Shown here piece by piece: positions 39,272-49,600 of a DNA stretch of 64,000 bases. The translations under genes were made by a program, and so were the position numbers. The notes under the pieces are model-generated. The model was not told the DNA's origin, ran no database searches, and saw only the letters and a list, made by a program, of their open reading frames with translations. Origin of the DNA: Verrucomicrobiota bacterium. GTDB lineage: Bacteria > Verrucomicrobiota > Verrucomicrobiia > Verrucomicrobiales > DEV007. Each line of letters opens with the position of its first letter. The stretch's first letter is position 1. The stretch lies in assembly GCA_045046875.1 (NCBI GenBank), contig JASFYY010000008.1:1-64000 (forward strand), given 5' to 3'.

Positions 39272-40705
39272 ATGAAAAAAATCCCCCCCTTCTCAAAAAT
39301 CATCCTCCCCCTGTTAGTTTTATGGTTCACCTCGATCAGCACGCTCACTCGAGCCGATGAGCGCCCTTTTTATATCGAAGGATACGCCGGTGACATCAGT
39401 GTCGTAGCAGGTGATGAAATCGGCTTCCATGTTTCATCCAGCACCCCTAAATTTGCAGTAGAAATCACCCGCCTGGGAGCCAAACCCCAAGTGGTATGGA
39501 ATAAAAAAAATCTGCCAGGCCAGCTGCATCCGGTGCCAGAAGATGCCTCCGCCAATGGTTGTCACTGGCCGGAAACTTTCCGCGTGCCCATTGATCCCAA
39601 ATGGAAAAGCGGATATTACAGAGTCCAATTCAGCATCTCCGACCGGGGAGGGAAATGGACACAGCGCAGCAGCCGCAGCGCCAGCTCGGAAGCTTTTTTC
39701 ATCGTCCGCTCCGCCAATCCCGGCAAAAATACTAAAATCCTCCTCCAGCTCTGCACCAATACTTACAACGCATACAATAACTGGGGAGGCTTCAGCGTTT
39801 ATGCCTACAGCGGACTTTCCAAAAACCAGGGGCACAAAGTTTCCTTCGAGCGACCTGTCAGAACCCAGTTTTCCCGTTGGGAACTTCCTTTTGTCATCTG
39901 GTGTGAAAACAATGGTTACGAACTGGACTACGCCGCCAACGGAGACCTCGAATCCCGGCCGGAGCTTCTCGAAAACTACAATCTGGTTCTCAGCGTCGGC
40001 CACGATGAATACTGGTCCACCCCAATGCGAGATAACCTCGAAGCTTGGATCGCCAAAGGTGGCAACGTCGCTTTTTTCAGCGGCAACTCTGTCTGCTGGC
40101 AGACCCGCACCGAAGACGGCGGCAAGTCCTTCACCTGTTATAAAAACAACTACCATGGCGACCCTGTTTTCCAGACCCGTGATTTCAAATTACTCACCAC
40201 AGCGTGGAGCCACCATCTGCTCAAACGCCCGGAAAACGAGCTGACCGGTGTCGGTTTCATCTATGGAGGATACCGTGGCAGCCATGGTCAATTCATAGGC
40301 GAAAAAGCAGCCTACAAAGTGCATCGACCCGAACACTGGGTTTTCAAAGGCACCGAGCTGAAACGTGATGAGGAATTCGGCGGCAAAGACACCATCGTTG
40401 GATACGAAGCCGACGGCTGTGAGCTAACCTGGAAAGACGGCCTGCCCATTCCCACCTACAAAGACGGCACCCCGAAATCTTTTCAAATCCTGGCATCCTG
40501 CCCGGTCAAATGGCATCCCGATGACGTCGAATGGTATGAGCGCTGGGAAATCGACCACACTGGCAACGCCTGCATGGGCATTTACACCCAAGGCGGAACC
40601 GTCTTCACCGCCGCCACCACCGACTGGGCTCACGGCCTGAAAGGAAAAGACAAAAAGGTCGAACAAATCACCCGCAATGTATTGGATCGTTTGTCGAAAA
40701 AATAA
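39272..40705 (+). CDS. N,N-dimethylformamidase large-subunit-like secreted protein
   Basis: Signal peptide; TNTYNAYNNWGG, VSFERP, SVGHDEYWS, FFSGN, VGYEAD, VFTAATTDW. Confidence 0.78.
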   Translation: MKKIPPFSKIILPLLVLWFTSISTLTRADERPFYIEGYAGDISVVAGDEIGFHVSSSTPKFAVEITRLGAKPQVVWNKKNLPGQLHPVPEDASANGCHWPETFRVPIDPKWKSGYYRVQFSISDRGGKWTQRSSRSASSEAFFIVRSANPGKNTKILLQLCTNTYNAYNNWGGFSVYAYSGLSKNQGHKVSFERPVRTQFSRWELPFVIWCENNGYELDYAANGDLESRPELLENYNLVLSVGHDEYWSTPMRDNLEAWIAKGGNVAFFSGNSVCWQTRTEDGGKSFTCYKNNYHGDPVFQTRDFKLLTTAWSHHLLKRPENELTGVGFIYGGYRGSHGQFIGEKAAYKVHRPEHWVFKGTELKRDEEFGGKDTIVGYEADGCELTWKDGLPIPTYKDGTPKSFQILASCPVKWHPDDVEWYERWEIDHTGNACMGIYTQGGTVFTAATTDWAHGLKGKDKKVEQITRNVLDRLSKK

Positions 40706-40709
40706 GACC

Positions 40710-40745
40710 TGCACTTTAGATGTCCGGCCGGACACAACAAGTGCA
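40710..40745. terminator. Hairpin between convergent genes
   Basis: TGCACTT...TGTCCGGCCGGACA...AAGTGCA; no clear T-run, so terminator function is uncertain. Confidence 0.4.
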
Positions 40746-40817
40746 CGTTTGATTAGCTGACCTACCGTTTATTATAAAAAATTATGGCCTTCGGCGCGAG
40801 CCTTCTCGGTATCAGCT

Positions 40818-42650
40818 TCAATCCATCTTTTCCAATATCAGCGAATGCAGATCGATGCTGCTTTCCCCGGTTGGCTTGACCAACTCAATCATCGTTTTGG
40901 TTTCCCCCGCCTTCAACTCGATCTCGCCCAGTTCCTCAACCACAAAGGTCTGAACAAAACGCGGTTTTTTGATCCGTGTAGGACGCTGAACCGGGTTGGG
41001 AGTGTGAGCCGTCTTGATTTTCCCGGTGACAGAAACCCCGCCAGCGCTCACCTTCAACTGACTGCCCACCATGTCCTGCGCGCAGGCGTAGCGTAAGCTC
41101 ACCCGATATCGCCCGTCGGTCACCACCTTGGTTTGCCACCAGATTTTCTGCCCGGATTTTTTCCAGTCCGTGATCCAGTCATGGGCAAATCCCCATTTAT
41201 TATACCAACGCAAATCCTCGCTTTTAAAAGCTTCCGCAACCGTCAACTTGGTCTCCGGCCACTGCACATGCCCCACATCGATCACCGGTCGCACAATGGG
41301 CACCTTCCTCGCATCGACAAACCAATCATCATAAGCCTTGGATAAATCCCCTGTCACTTCAGGGTGCAAAGATGCCACATCCTTCTTCTGACCCGGATCT
41401 GCTTGCATATCAAAAAGTTGCCAGCTTTCGCCTTCGTTCACCGCCCGCCAACGCTGCGTGCGCACCGCGCCCGGATAGGGCATATCAATACTGGCCACCA
41501 CCGGTTCCTTCACTCCTTTGAGTGCCCACCAGCGAATCGCCCTAGAATACACCTTGCGCTCAATCGGCCCATCCGCCTGCTGCCCCAACAACAGTGGGGC
41601 CAAGCTATGCCCATCCAACGGTTTGGTTTTAGCCTTTTTTAAATCCAAACCACACAGCTCGACAATCGTCGGCAACATGTCGAGATGAGCGGCCAGTTGC
41701 TCGACATTACGATTCGCCGCAATCTTTCCCGGCCAACGCACAAAACACGGCACCCGCATTCCGCCTTCGTGAACCGATCCTTTCATGCCGCGCATGCCTG
41801 CATTAAAACGACTGCCCTGCGCACCTTCCGCTCCGTTATCTGACATATAAATGACAATCGTATCGTCAGCGATTTGCAAATCATCCAGCAGCTTGAACAC
41901 ACGTCCCAGATTCTCGTCAATGTTCTGCACCATGCCGTAAATTCCGGCAACCTTATTATCATCTATCCCGCGCGCCTTGTATTTGTCGAAATATTTATCC
42001 GCCACCTGTATCGGCGTATGCGGAGCGTTGAAAGGCAGGTAACAAAAAAAAGGCTGCTCACGGTTTTTCTCAATAAACTTCATCGCCGCATCGGTCAACA
42101 CATCGGAAATGTAACCCTTGGTCTGCACCATCTTGCCATTGTGCTCCAATTCCGGATCAAAGTAGTTATCCCAATGCCCCTGCGGCATGCCCAAAAATTC
42201 ATCAAAACCCTGCCCGCGCGGATGACTGGGAAAATACTCGCCAATGTGCCACTTGCCAAACATCCCGGTCGCATAACCCGCCTGCTTGAGAACTTCCGGG
42301 ATCATCACTTCCTCCGGTCGCACCGTCTCCATCCCCCGGGTGACCGAACCACAACCCGTGCGCAAATTATAACGCCCGGTCATCAAACTCGCGCGGGTCA
42401 TCGAACATAAGGGTGATACCATGAAGTGCTCAAAACGCGTCGATTCTTTTGCCAACTGATCCAACACCGGAGTGTCGATCAAGTCATTACCGTGAAAACG
42501 CAGGTCGCCATAACCCTGGTCATCTGTCACGATCAACAGAACATTGGGCCGCTCTTTTGCGTTGGCCTCAGCACTGACAAAACAATGGCAAAGCAACAAC
42601 CCTATTACCAATCGGGTGAAATTAAAATTCTTCATATTTTTCATCATCAT
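40818..42650 (-). CDS. Arylsulfatase (S1 family) with C-terminal beta-sandwich domain
   Basis: PNVLLIVTDDQGYGD, CSMTRASLMTGRY, GKWH, PHTP, SDNG. Confidence 0.93.
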   Translation of the reverse strand: MMMKNMKNFNFTRLVIGLLLCHCFVSAEANAKERPNVLLIVTDDQGYGDLRFHGNDLIDTPVLDQLAKESTRFEHFMVSPLCSMTRASLMTGRYNLRTGCGSVTRGMETVRPEEVMIPEVLKQAGYATGMFGKWHIGEYFPSHPRGQGFDEFLGMPQGHWDNYFDPELEHNGKMVQTKGYISDVLTDAAMKFIEKNREQPFFCYLPFNAPHTPIQVADKYFDKYKARGIDDNKVAGIYGMVQNIDENLGRVFKLLDDLQIADDTIVIYMSDNGAEGAQGSRFNAGMRGMKGSVHEGGMRVPCFVRWPGKIAANRNVEQLAAHLDMLPTIVELCGLDLKKAKTKPLDGHSLAPLLLGQQADGPIERKVYSRAIRWWALKGVKEPVVASIDMPYPGAVRTQRWRAVNEGESWQLFDMQADPGQKKDVASLHPEVTGDLSKAYDDWFVDARKVPIVRPVIDVGHVQWPETKLTVAEAFKSEDLRWYNKWGFAHDWITDWKKSGQKIWWQTKVVTDGRYRVSLRYACAQDMVGSQLKVSAGGVSVTGKIKTAHTPNPVQRPTRIKKPRFVQTFVVEELGEIELKAGETKTMIELVKPTGESSIDLHSLILEKMD

Positions 42651-42656
42651 AATTTT

Positions 42657-44486
42657 TTATTTTTCGATATAACGAATACGCGCTTCCTTCAACACAAACG
42701 CTTCTTCACCAGGAATTTCAAGCGCCCGCACCCGCAACTTCGTCAACCCTTTCTCCAAGCTCACTTTTCCAAAACCCAAAGGCGCATAAGTTCGGAACCA
42801 CACCGGGCCACTTGTCGCAAGCCGGTTATGATCCAGTTCCGCAGCCGTGGCAGGCTGGGGGTCATACGCCTTCACCACCTTTCGCCTCAATTGCTGCCCA
42901 GCCGCTTCAACCTCAATCTCAGCACCCGTATAACGCTCGGGACAGCTATACATCAAAGTGATTTCGTAACTGCCCGCGCGCAGGACATCCAGATCCCACT
43001 CCACCGTCGCTTGGGTATTTTTCCAATCAATTACCACATCGTGTGCCCAACCAAATCTCCCCCGAAATTTCAGACCTCCCTGCAACTTGGCATCTTCCGC
43101 CTGCAAAGCGACCTCGTCAGTTCCCTCAAACCCCACCGGAGCCGGTGGCGCCGATGTGCCGGCAGCGGTCACCTCACGGTACCAATCCTCATAAGCTTTG
43201 CCCAATCGAGCACTCAGTTCCGGATGCTCAGAAATCACATTTTTTTCCTGCCCGGGATCATTGATCATATCATAGAGCTCATATTTTTTTCCATGATTAA
43301 CCAACCTGAAACCCTGCGTACGCACTCCTCCAGGGAAGATCAAATTATCCCCAAAAACATTCTGATGAGTAAAAATCATTCGCTCCGGCCAGACATCCTG
43401 CCCATCATCACCAGCCCCCATCAGCAGCGGCACCAGACTGCGCCCATCCAGGGGCGATGTTTTGGGCATGGCCACACCCGTCAACTCAAGCAAAGTCGGA
43501 AACAGATCCATATGAGCTGCGATCGGCTTGATCTGCAAACCCGCTTTGATATGCCCCGGCCAACGAATAAACAAAGGAACCCGCACCCCACCTTCATCCA
43601 CCTGCGCCTTCCTCCCCTTCATTCCTCCGTTGTAACGCCAATCCTTCGACTTCTTGGAGGTGGGCATCGACGGCCCGTTATCGCTCAAAAAAACGACGAT
43701 GGTATCATTGCTCAAATTCAAATCATCCAGCTTCTTGAAAATCCGCGCCATATTGTCATCGATATTTTCCACCATGCCGTAAACCGCCGCCACTTTTTCT
43801 GAAAACCCACGCTGCTTGTATTTCTCATAATAAGCAGGCGGCAACTGAAAGGGGTGATGCGGAGCGTTGTAGGGCAAATAACAAAAAAACGGCCGATCTT
43901 TGTTTTTCTCGATAAAGGAAATCGCCTGATCGGTCAGCACATCAGTTATGTAGCCTTTCGTTTCCACCGGCTCTCCATTACGCTCGATTTTGGCATCAAA
44001 ATAATTCTCCCAGGCACCACGGCAAAAACCGAAGAACTCATCAAAACCGCGTTGATTAGGATGGTAAGGGCCATGCTCCCCACTATGCCATTTACCAAAG
44101 GCCCCCGTTGTGTAACCTCCCGCTTTAAAAGCATCGCCCAAGGTCACTTCATTCAAACGCAAAGTCTCCAATCCATGCGACACCCAGGAAACTCCGGTGC
44201 GCAGATCATAACGCCCTGTCAACAAACTGGCACGGGTCGGTCCACACATCGGACTCACATAAAAATGCTCAAAGCGTGCACCCTCGGTAGCCAGACGATC
44301 CATAGTCGGCGTATCAATTTTAGCGTTACCATTAAAACGCATATCCCCCCAACCCTGGTCATCTGTCATGATCAGCAGGACATTCGGCGGCTCTTTTGCG
44401 CTGACATTGGCATTGGCAAGGCAAAAACAGCCCAGCAACAGGATCCCTAAACGAGTAAAATAGAAAACTTTTAAATCTTTCATCAT
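42657..44486 (-). CDS. Arylsulfatase (S1 family), tandem paralogue
   Basis: PNVLLIMTDDQGWGD, CGPTRASLLTGRY, GKWH, PHHP, SDNG. Confidence 0.94.
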   Translation of the reverse strand: MMKDLKVFYFTRLGILLLGCFCLANANVSAKEPPNVLLIMTDDQGWGDMRFNGNAKIDTPTMDRLATEGARFEHFYVSPMCGPTRASLLTGRYDLRTGVSWVSHGLETLRLNEVTLGDAFKAGGYTTGAFGKWHSGEHGPYHPNQRGFDEFFGFCRGAWENYFDAKIERNGEPVETKGYITDVLTDQAISFIEKNKDRPFFCYLPYNAPHHPFQLPPAYYEKYKQRGFSEKVAAVYGMVENIDDNMARIFKKLDDLNLSNDTIVVFLSDNGPSMPTSKKSKDWRYNGGMKGRKAQVDEGGVRVPLFIRWPGHIKAGLQIKPIAAHMDLFPTLLELTGVAMPKTSPLDGRSLVPLLMGAGDDGQDVWPERMIFTHQNVFGDNLIFPGGVRTQGFRLVNHGKKYELYDMINDPGQEKNVISEHPELSARLGKAYEDWYREVTAAGTSAPPAPVGFEGTDEVALQAEDAKLQGGLKFRGRFGWAHDVVIDWKNTQATVEWDLDVLRAGSYEITLMYSCPERYTGAEIEVEAAGQQLRRKVVKAYDPQPATAAELDHNRLATSGPVWFRTYAPLGFGKVSLEKGLTKLRVRALEIPGEEAFVLKEARIRYIEK

Positions 44487-46648
44487 GGTGTTTTTTTATT
44501 TTGAACCGGTTCTCTCAAAACCCAGTTTCCATAATCGGTTCCCAGCCACACGCTGCTGTCGTGGGGACTAACGCTGATCGCCCAGACGGTAAGCCCAGGC
44601 CCCAGATTAGCGCTGATATTCTTCCAACTGTGCCCGGAATCAGTGGAACGAAAAATACCCCGCGCGATACCGCGCCAGCTATGATTTTGCCCCGCATAGA
44701 TCACCTCGGGGCGACGAGGATCAACCGCCACCGTCGAGAAACTGGTCTGGCCAAAAAAGTCTCGCTCAAGACCGTTTTTCTCATCACGCTTCAGCCAGTT
44801 CTTGCCATCGTATATCCAAACCCCCGAGGAAGTGGCCGCGTAGACTCGCGCGGGATTTTTCGGATCAATAGCGATCGCCTTGATCGTATGAGCTAGTTCC
44901 GGTCCCAGAGGCTTCCAGCTTTTGCCTCGATCCATAGACCGCTCAACTTGGGAGCGGCGATTACCCGGTTGGGTCAAAGCATAAATCATATCCCCATCTG
45001 CGGAGAACATCTGACGCAGTGGTTTATCAATCCTCTGCCAGGTTTTTCCTGCATCGTCGCTACGCAAACCCGCGGTTTTTGTTCCCACATAAACCACCTT
45101 GGCGTCCTGCGGATGCCAGGCGAAAAAAAGGTAGTCATCCTCCTTGTCCGAAAGCACTTCCCAGGTATGCCCATCATCATAAGTCAGGCACAAGCGCTGC
45201 CGCACCCATCCGCCTACGGCCGATACCATGGTTTGACTTCCAGTCGTCGGATCATAGGCTCCGCCCGGCATACTCATCGAACCGAGGTCTTTCTGTCTCG
45301 GAGCAGGGACATAGTCCCAAGTGTCACCGCCATCTTTGGTCAGTGACGAACCGTGATCGGTGTGGAAAAAAACCATCTTCTTAGAGTCATCAGGTCGAAA
45401 GGCAATTGCACTCTGACTGCTGAGCCGGGAACCGCTCACTCCGCTACCAAAGAGTTGCCAGGTCTTGCCTCCGTCATTGGTGATACGTGGCGGGTAGAGA
45501 TGAAAAGCCGTCATGGCTTTAGTCGGATGCGGCACCAGACCTTCCGCGAAATAAACCGACGAACCGTAAAAACCGGCCTCCCGCGATTCGACTTTGTGCC
45601 AGTCCAATCCCCCATTATGACTGTAACAGGGCAAAGGCCCGCCCGCCTCAGTGGCTTCGGCGTAAAGCACCTGCGGATTAACCGGACTCATCGCCAATCG
45701 CGACCATTTGCTTTGCAACCAGATCCCCCGGTTGCGCTGCTGCCAACTCTTACCCGCATCGCCACTGCGCCAGATACCCGCCTTGCCAAGAGCCAGATAT
45801 ATGATCTCCGGTTTTCCCTGCTGAACAACCATGCCCTTGACCGGAAGTGCAGGGGTTTCGATCCGAACCCATGTAGCAGCATCGTCCCGACTCAGCCACA
45901 AACCCTGATCAGCGGCGAGCCACAACCAACCTTTCTCCGGGTCACGATTAATCGCGTTACCGATGATACCTTTCGGCCCGACAGGCTTCCATGATTGACC
46001 GCCGTCGCCACTTCGCAGCAGTCCCTGGTCGTGGGTCAGGGCAAAAATAATCCGGCTACCCGCAGTCGTCGCACCCGCAGAGTCGAAGGCAAAATATTCA
46101 TTCTGTGCCTGTCCACGCAGAAAAGCGGCATGATGCAGCAGCCTCCAGGTTTTTCCCAGATCGTCACTGCGATAGATGCCATCAGCCTGTTTGTCATAAT
46201 AACGTTCGTCAGGCGGGAATGAGCGCTCGGTACCAGCGCTTGATCGCAACCCAGCTGCCCAGAGCACCTTTTTGTTACTCGGATCAAATGCTACCGACTG
46301 CACTCCGTTCGAATGAATCCCCGCACGCCGACGCTGCCAGTTTTTCCCGCCATCCTCACTCACATAAGTCGCAGCAGTATCAATGCCCAGCGCCAGGAAA
46401 TTCGGGTCTTGTTTGCAGATCGCCAGGGAAAAGGCCATTTGACCCATCTCGCCTCCCCTCATGCCACGGGCTTTTTGTCCGGCAGTGCGCAGTGGCACCG
46501 GTTCCCACACCACAGGCTCGGCTCCACGAGCGACTGACAAGGTGACTGCCAGCCCACAGAAGCACAGCAATATCCCTACTTTAAAATTTGATCGCACTTG
46601 GATATTATTTCTTATAATGTTAAGATTATTTAATGACTTGTAAAACAT
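44483..46648 (-). CDS. Secreted BNR/Asp-box beta-propeller protein (GH74/sortilin-like)
   Basis: Many S/T-x-D-x-G-x-x-W Asp-box repeats (SEDGGKNW, SDDLGKTW, SGDGGQSW, TKDGGDTW and others). Stop overlaps the sulfatase start. Confidence 0.8.
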   Translation of the reverse strand: MFYKSLNNLNIIRNNIQVRSNFKVGILLCFCGLAVTLSVARGAEPVVWEPVPLRTAGQKARGMRGGEMGQMAFSLAICKQDPNFLALGIDTAATYVSEDGGKNWQRRRAGIHSNGVQSVAFDPSNKKVLWAAGLRSSAGTERSFPPDERYYDKQADGIYRSDDLGKTWRLLHHAAFLRGQAQNEYFAFDSAGATTAGSRIIFALTHDQGLLRSGDGGQSWKPVGPKGIIGNAINRDPEKGWLWLAADQGLWLSRDDAATWVRIETPALPVKGMVVQQGKPEIIYLALGKAGIWRSGDAGKSWQQRNRGIWLQSKWSRLAMSPVNPQVLYAEATEAGGPLPCYSHNGGLDWHKVESREAGFYGSSVYFAEGLVPHPTKAMTAFHLYPPRITNDGGKTWQLFGSGVSGSRLSSQSAIAFRPDDSKKMVFFHTDHGSSLTKDGGDTWDYVPAPRQKDLGSMSMPGGAYDPTTGSQTMVSAVGGWVRQRLCLTYDDGHTWEVLSDKEDDYLFFAWHPQDAKVVYVGTKTAGLRSDDAGKTWQRIDKPLRQMFSADGDMIYALTQPGNRRSQVERSMDRGKSWKPLGPELAHTIKAIAIDPKNPARVYAATSSGVWIYDGKNWLKRDEKNGLERDFFGQTSFSTVAVDPRRPEVIYAGQNHSWRGIARGIFRSTDSGHSWKNISANLGPGLTVWAISVSPHDSSVWLGTDYGNWVLREPVQNKKTP

Positions 46649-46658
46649 TTTCGCCCTA

Positions 46659-49600
46659 TCACTTGATATCAAATTGCAACGGATAGTCGGAAATCAATGT
46701 TGTAACCAACCGGGTGCCGGACTGACCGCCACCAACACGAATGACAAGGCGATTTTTACCTGCTTCCAGGTTCAATGAAGCTTGCTGCAGCCCTTTGAAT
46801 ATACCGGCTTCAAGTGGATTTAATTTCACCTGACGGCCATTATGCCACAGAGCCAGCGGAGCGATACTGGTAAAAATAACCTTCGCTTTTTGTACCCGAT
46901 CAGAAACCAGCGGGGTGAACACAAAAACCTCTCGTTCCAGTTCCGAGCCAAGACTCGCTGAAAGATCGAGCAAATTTTCACGATTGGCAGATAACAAACG
47001 CCAACTGACCTCCGTCGCTTCAGCTCCCTTCACTTTTGCACCGAGATCAATTTCACCCCCTCCCTCGTAAGCTCCCTTTGCGAGTGGCCCAAGCACATAA
47101 TATTGACCGACTTCAGAAACAGGTTGGCGCAAAGTGGTGAGGTATTCCAAAAGGTCCGCCAAATCCTGCTCGCTCAGAGCCGCGACCAAACCTTCGGGCA
47201 TAAGAGACATGGTTTGAGCCTGCTTCTTCTCGATCTCAGACGCCGCGATTTCAATGCGCTGGCCTTGTGCCGTTTTCAACACCACTTGGCGCTTGTTTTC
47301 GCTGACAATCAACCCGCTCAAGATGCGCCCGTCACTCAGGCTCAAAACATCCGAAACATAAGCATAACTGATCGTGCCACTTGGATTGATGATATGATAA
47401 AGCAATTCCCGTTTGCCGTATTTGGTGCCGATGGTGGATAAGTCAGGCCCCACCCAGTTTCCCACTCCCTGAACCCGATGACAAATTCCACAAGCCGTCG
47501 CTCGATTGAACACCTCCTGCCCTCGTTTGGCATCAGCAGGCGCGGTTAATGCCGCGCTGAGAGCTTCCATACTCATGGCTCCTCCCGTTTCGGGCATGGG
47601 CATCTCCTTTTCCGCCTTGCGGCGAATGCCCTTATCCGGGTGACTGTGCAACAAGGCAAGCACTTCTTTGTAAAGATCTTCAGGCAAACGTTCACTGCGC
47701 TGCATGCCAAGAAGAATCTGCGCCCCGGCAGGTGACGCGGATAAAGTCTGAACCGCCCGACGGCGAAAATCCAGCGGATACGTTTGGTCGCCGGTTATGC
47801 TGTCGAGTGAAGGTTTTTGTTTATCCCTCGAAAAACGACTCAAAGCGCTCAGTGCGGCAAAATCAAGTGCTCCGGCACGAGTCTTGCCTTTACACTGATT
47901 AACTAATGTCTCAAGCACAGGTCGCAGCGGTTCAAATTGCAGGCGCCCAAGAGCTTCGATAGCAGCCACCCGCACCGATTCCTGTTCATTATCTGCAGTG
48001 ACTAAAAGAAGCAATTGATCATTGAATCCCGATATTCCACTGCGGGCAATGGCATCGATGGCGCTCACCCGCAGATCCTTAACGGACAAAGCGGTTTCAA
48101 ACATTTTACCTGTCTCTTCAGAGTCACGCGCCGCCGCCCATGATGCATTCAATTTTGTGCCTAGCATATTAAGAATATCACACCGGCGTTGACTGTTGGG
48201 GTTTTCAAAAAAACGTGCAACTAAAAGCTCACCCGCCTCGGGGCTGTCGATCTGATCAAGCGCGAGATCGACACCCCTTAACAATGAGGCTGATTCACCT
48301 TCCTCCAGCATTTCACGTAAAGAGCCCAGAGCTTCAACTCGTCCCAACGCCCAAGCCAGACCGATCAATTTAGAGCCCGCTGTGGCAGGCGGAGAGGGAT
48401 CGTCCACCCTCGGAAAAGCATCATTGGTCGTGACCGGATAATAGGGAGGAAGCGCCGTCGACTGGTAAGCAGCTTGTTTTTTGCTTTTTTGACCAAGCAC
48501 CGATTTCCGCCAACGATCACCCAATCTGTCAAATAAGTCAGTGAGCAGGTGCTTTTGACGATCAATAAAAGCCGCGCGAAGAGCCTCAAGGTAATAACGA
48601 TCTTGCCCATCCCATGCCTCGGCGAGATCCAACAGCGCCGCTGCCGATTTCTCACTCTCCACATGACGCAGGGCGAGGATCAACTCCCGCCGCACTCCCG
48701 CGTCAGGATCTTTTACCAAAGGCAAAATCTGATCCAATACGGCAATCGCAGGCGGTTCTGCGTTGAGAGCACTCTCGGGACCGACCAGCAAAACACGATT
48801 CAGATCTCGCGCCAAAATACTCAATGCCAATTCCCGGATGCGGGCATCATCATCCTTCAAGGCGCTTAGCAAATCAGCTTTGCTGCTTTGGGGTAATGCG
48901 GCTAATACAAACAAAGCGCGAGCCCGTTCGCGGGGACGACCAGAGACAAACAAATCCATCACCTGCTCATGGGCTGCCGCCCCGTGCTCAAGCAATCCTT
49001 TGCGAGCCACCACCCGGGTGGCCACATTCGGAGATTTGAGCGCCTCGATCAAACCGCTCAGCGTTTTAAAATCGTTTCCCTTTACCTCCTTCTTATTCTC
49101 CTTTTCCCGAGCCGGATAAGTGATGCGATAAATACGCCCGGTATCCCGATCAGAAAAACGATTGCCACCCGAAGCGGCGTCATACCAATCGCAAATGAAT
49201 ACCGAACCGTCGGGTGCAACCGCAACATCAGCAGGACGGAACCAACTGTCTTCACCCTGCAAGAGCACACGATAATCTCCACGAAACGCAGCCCCCTTAC
49301 GCTGCAGAGGCATGAAATTCACTTGATGCGTGCCTGCGTCCAACTGCAGCACCGCCCCCCGATATTCGTCAGGAAACAAATCCCCCTCGTAAACCAACAA
49401 ACCCGCAGGAGCCCCGTTTCCTGTGCCAACAATTTTTGGAATGATACCCGGCATCTCTTCCGCCGAATGACGATTCGAACCCGGGGTGCGGTAACCATAA
49501 TTACCGCCGTCCATCAACCAGATCATCCGGCAACCCCTTTGCCCGTCGTCATCGTTGTCGGAAGTGAAAACCTTGCCAAACGAATCCGCAAAAGTACCGT

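Noticed and set aside
42426..43802. 458-aa plus-strand ORF
   Set aside because: Antisense shadow of the two sulfatases; unnatural composition and no motifs.
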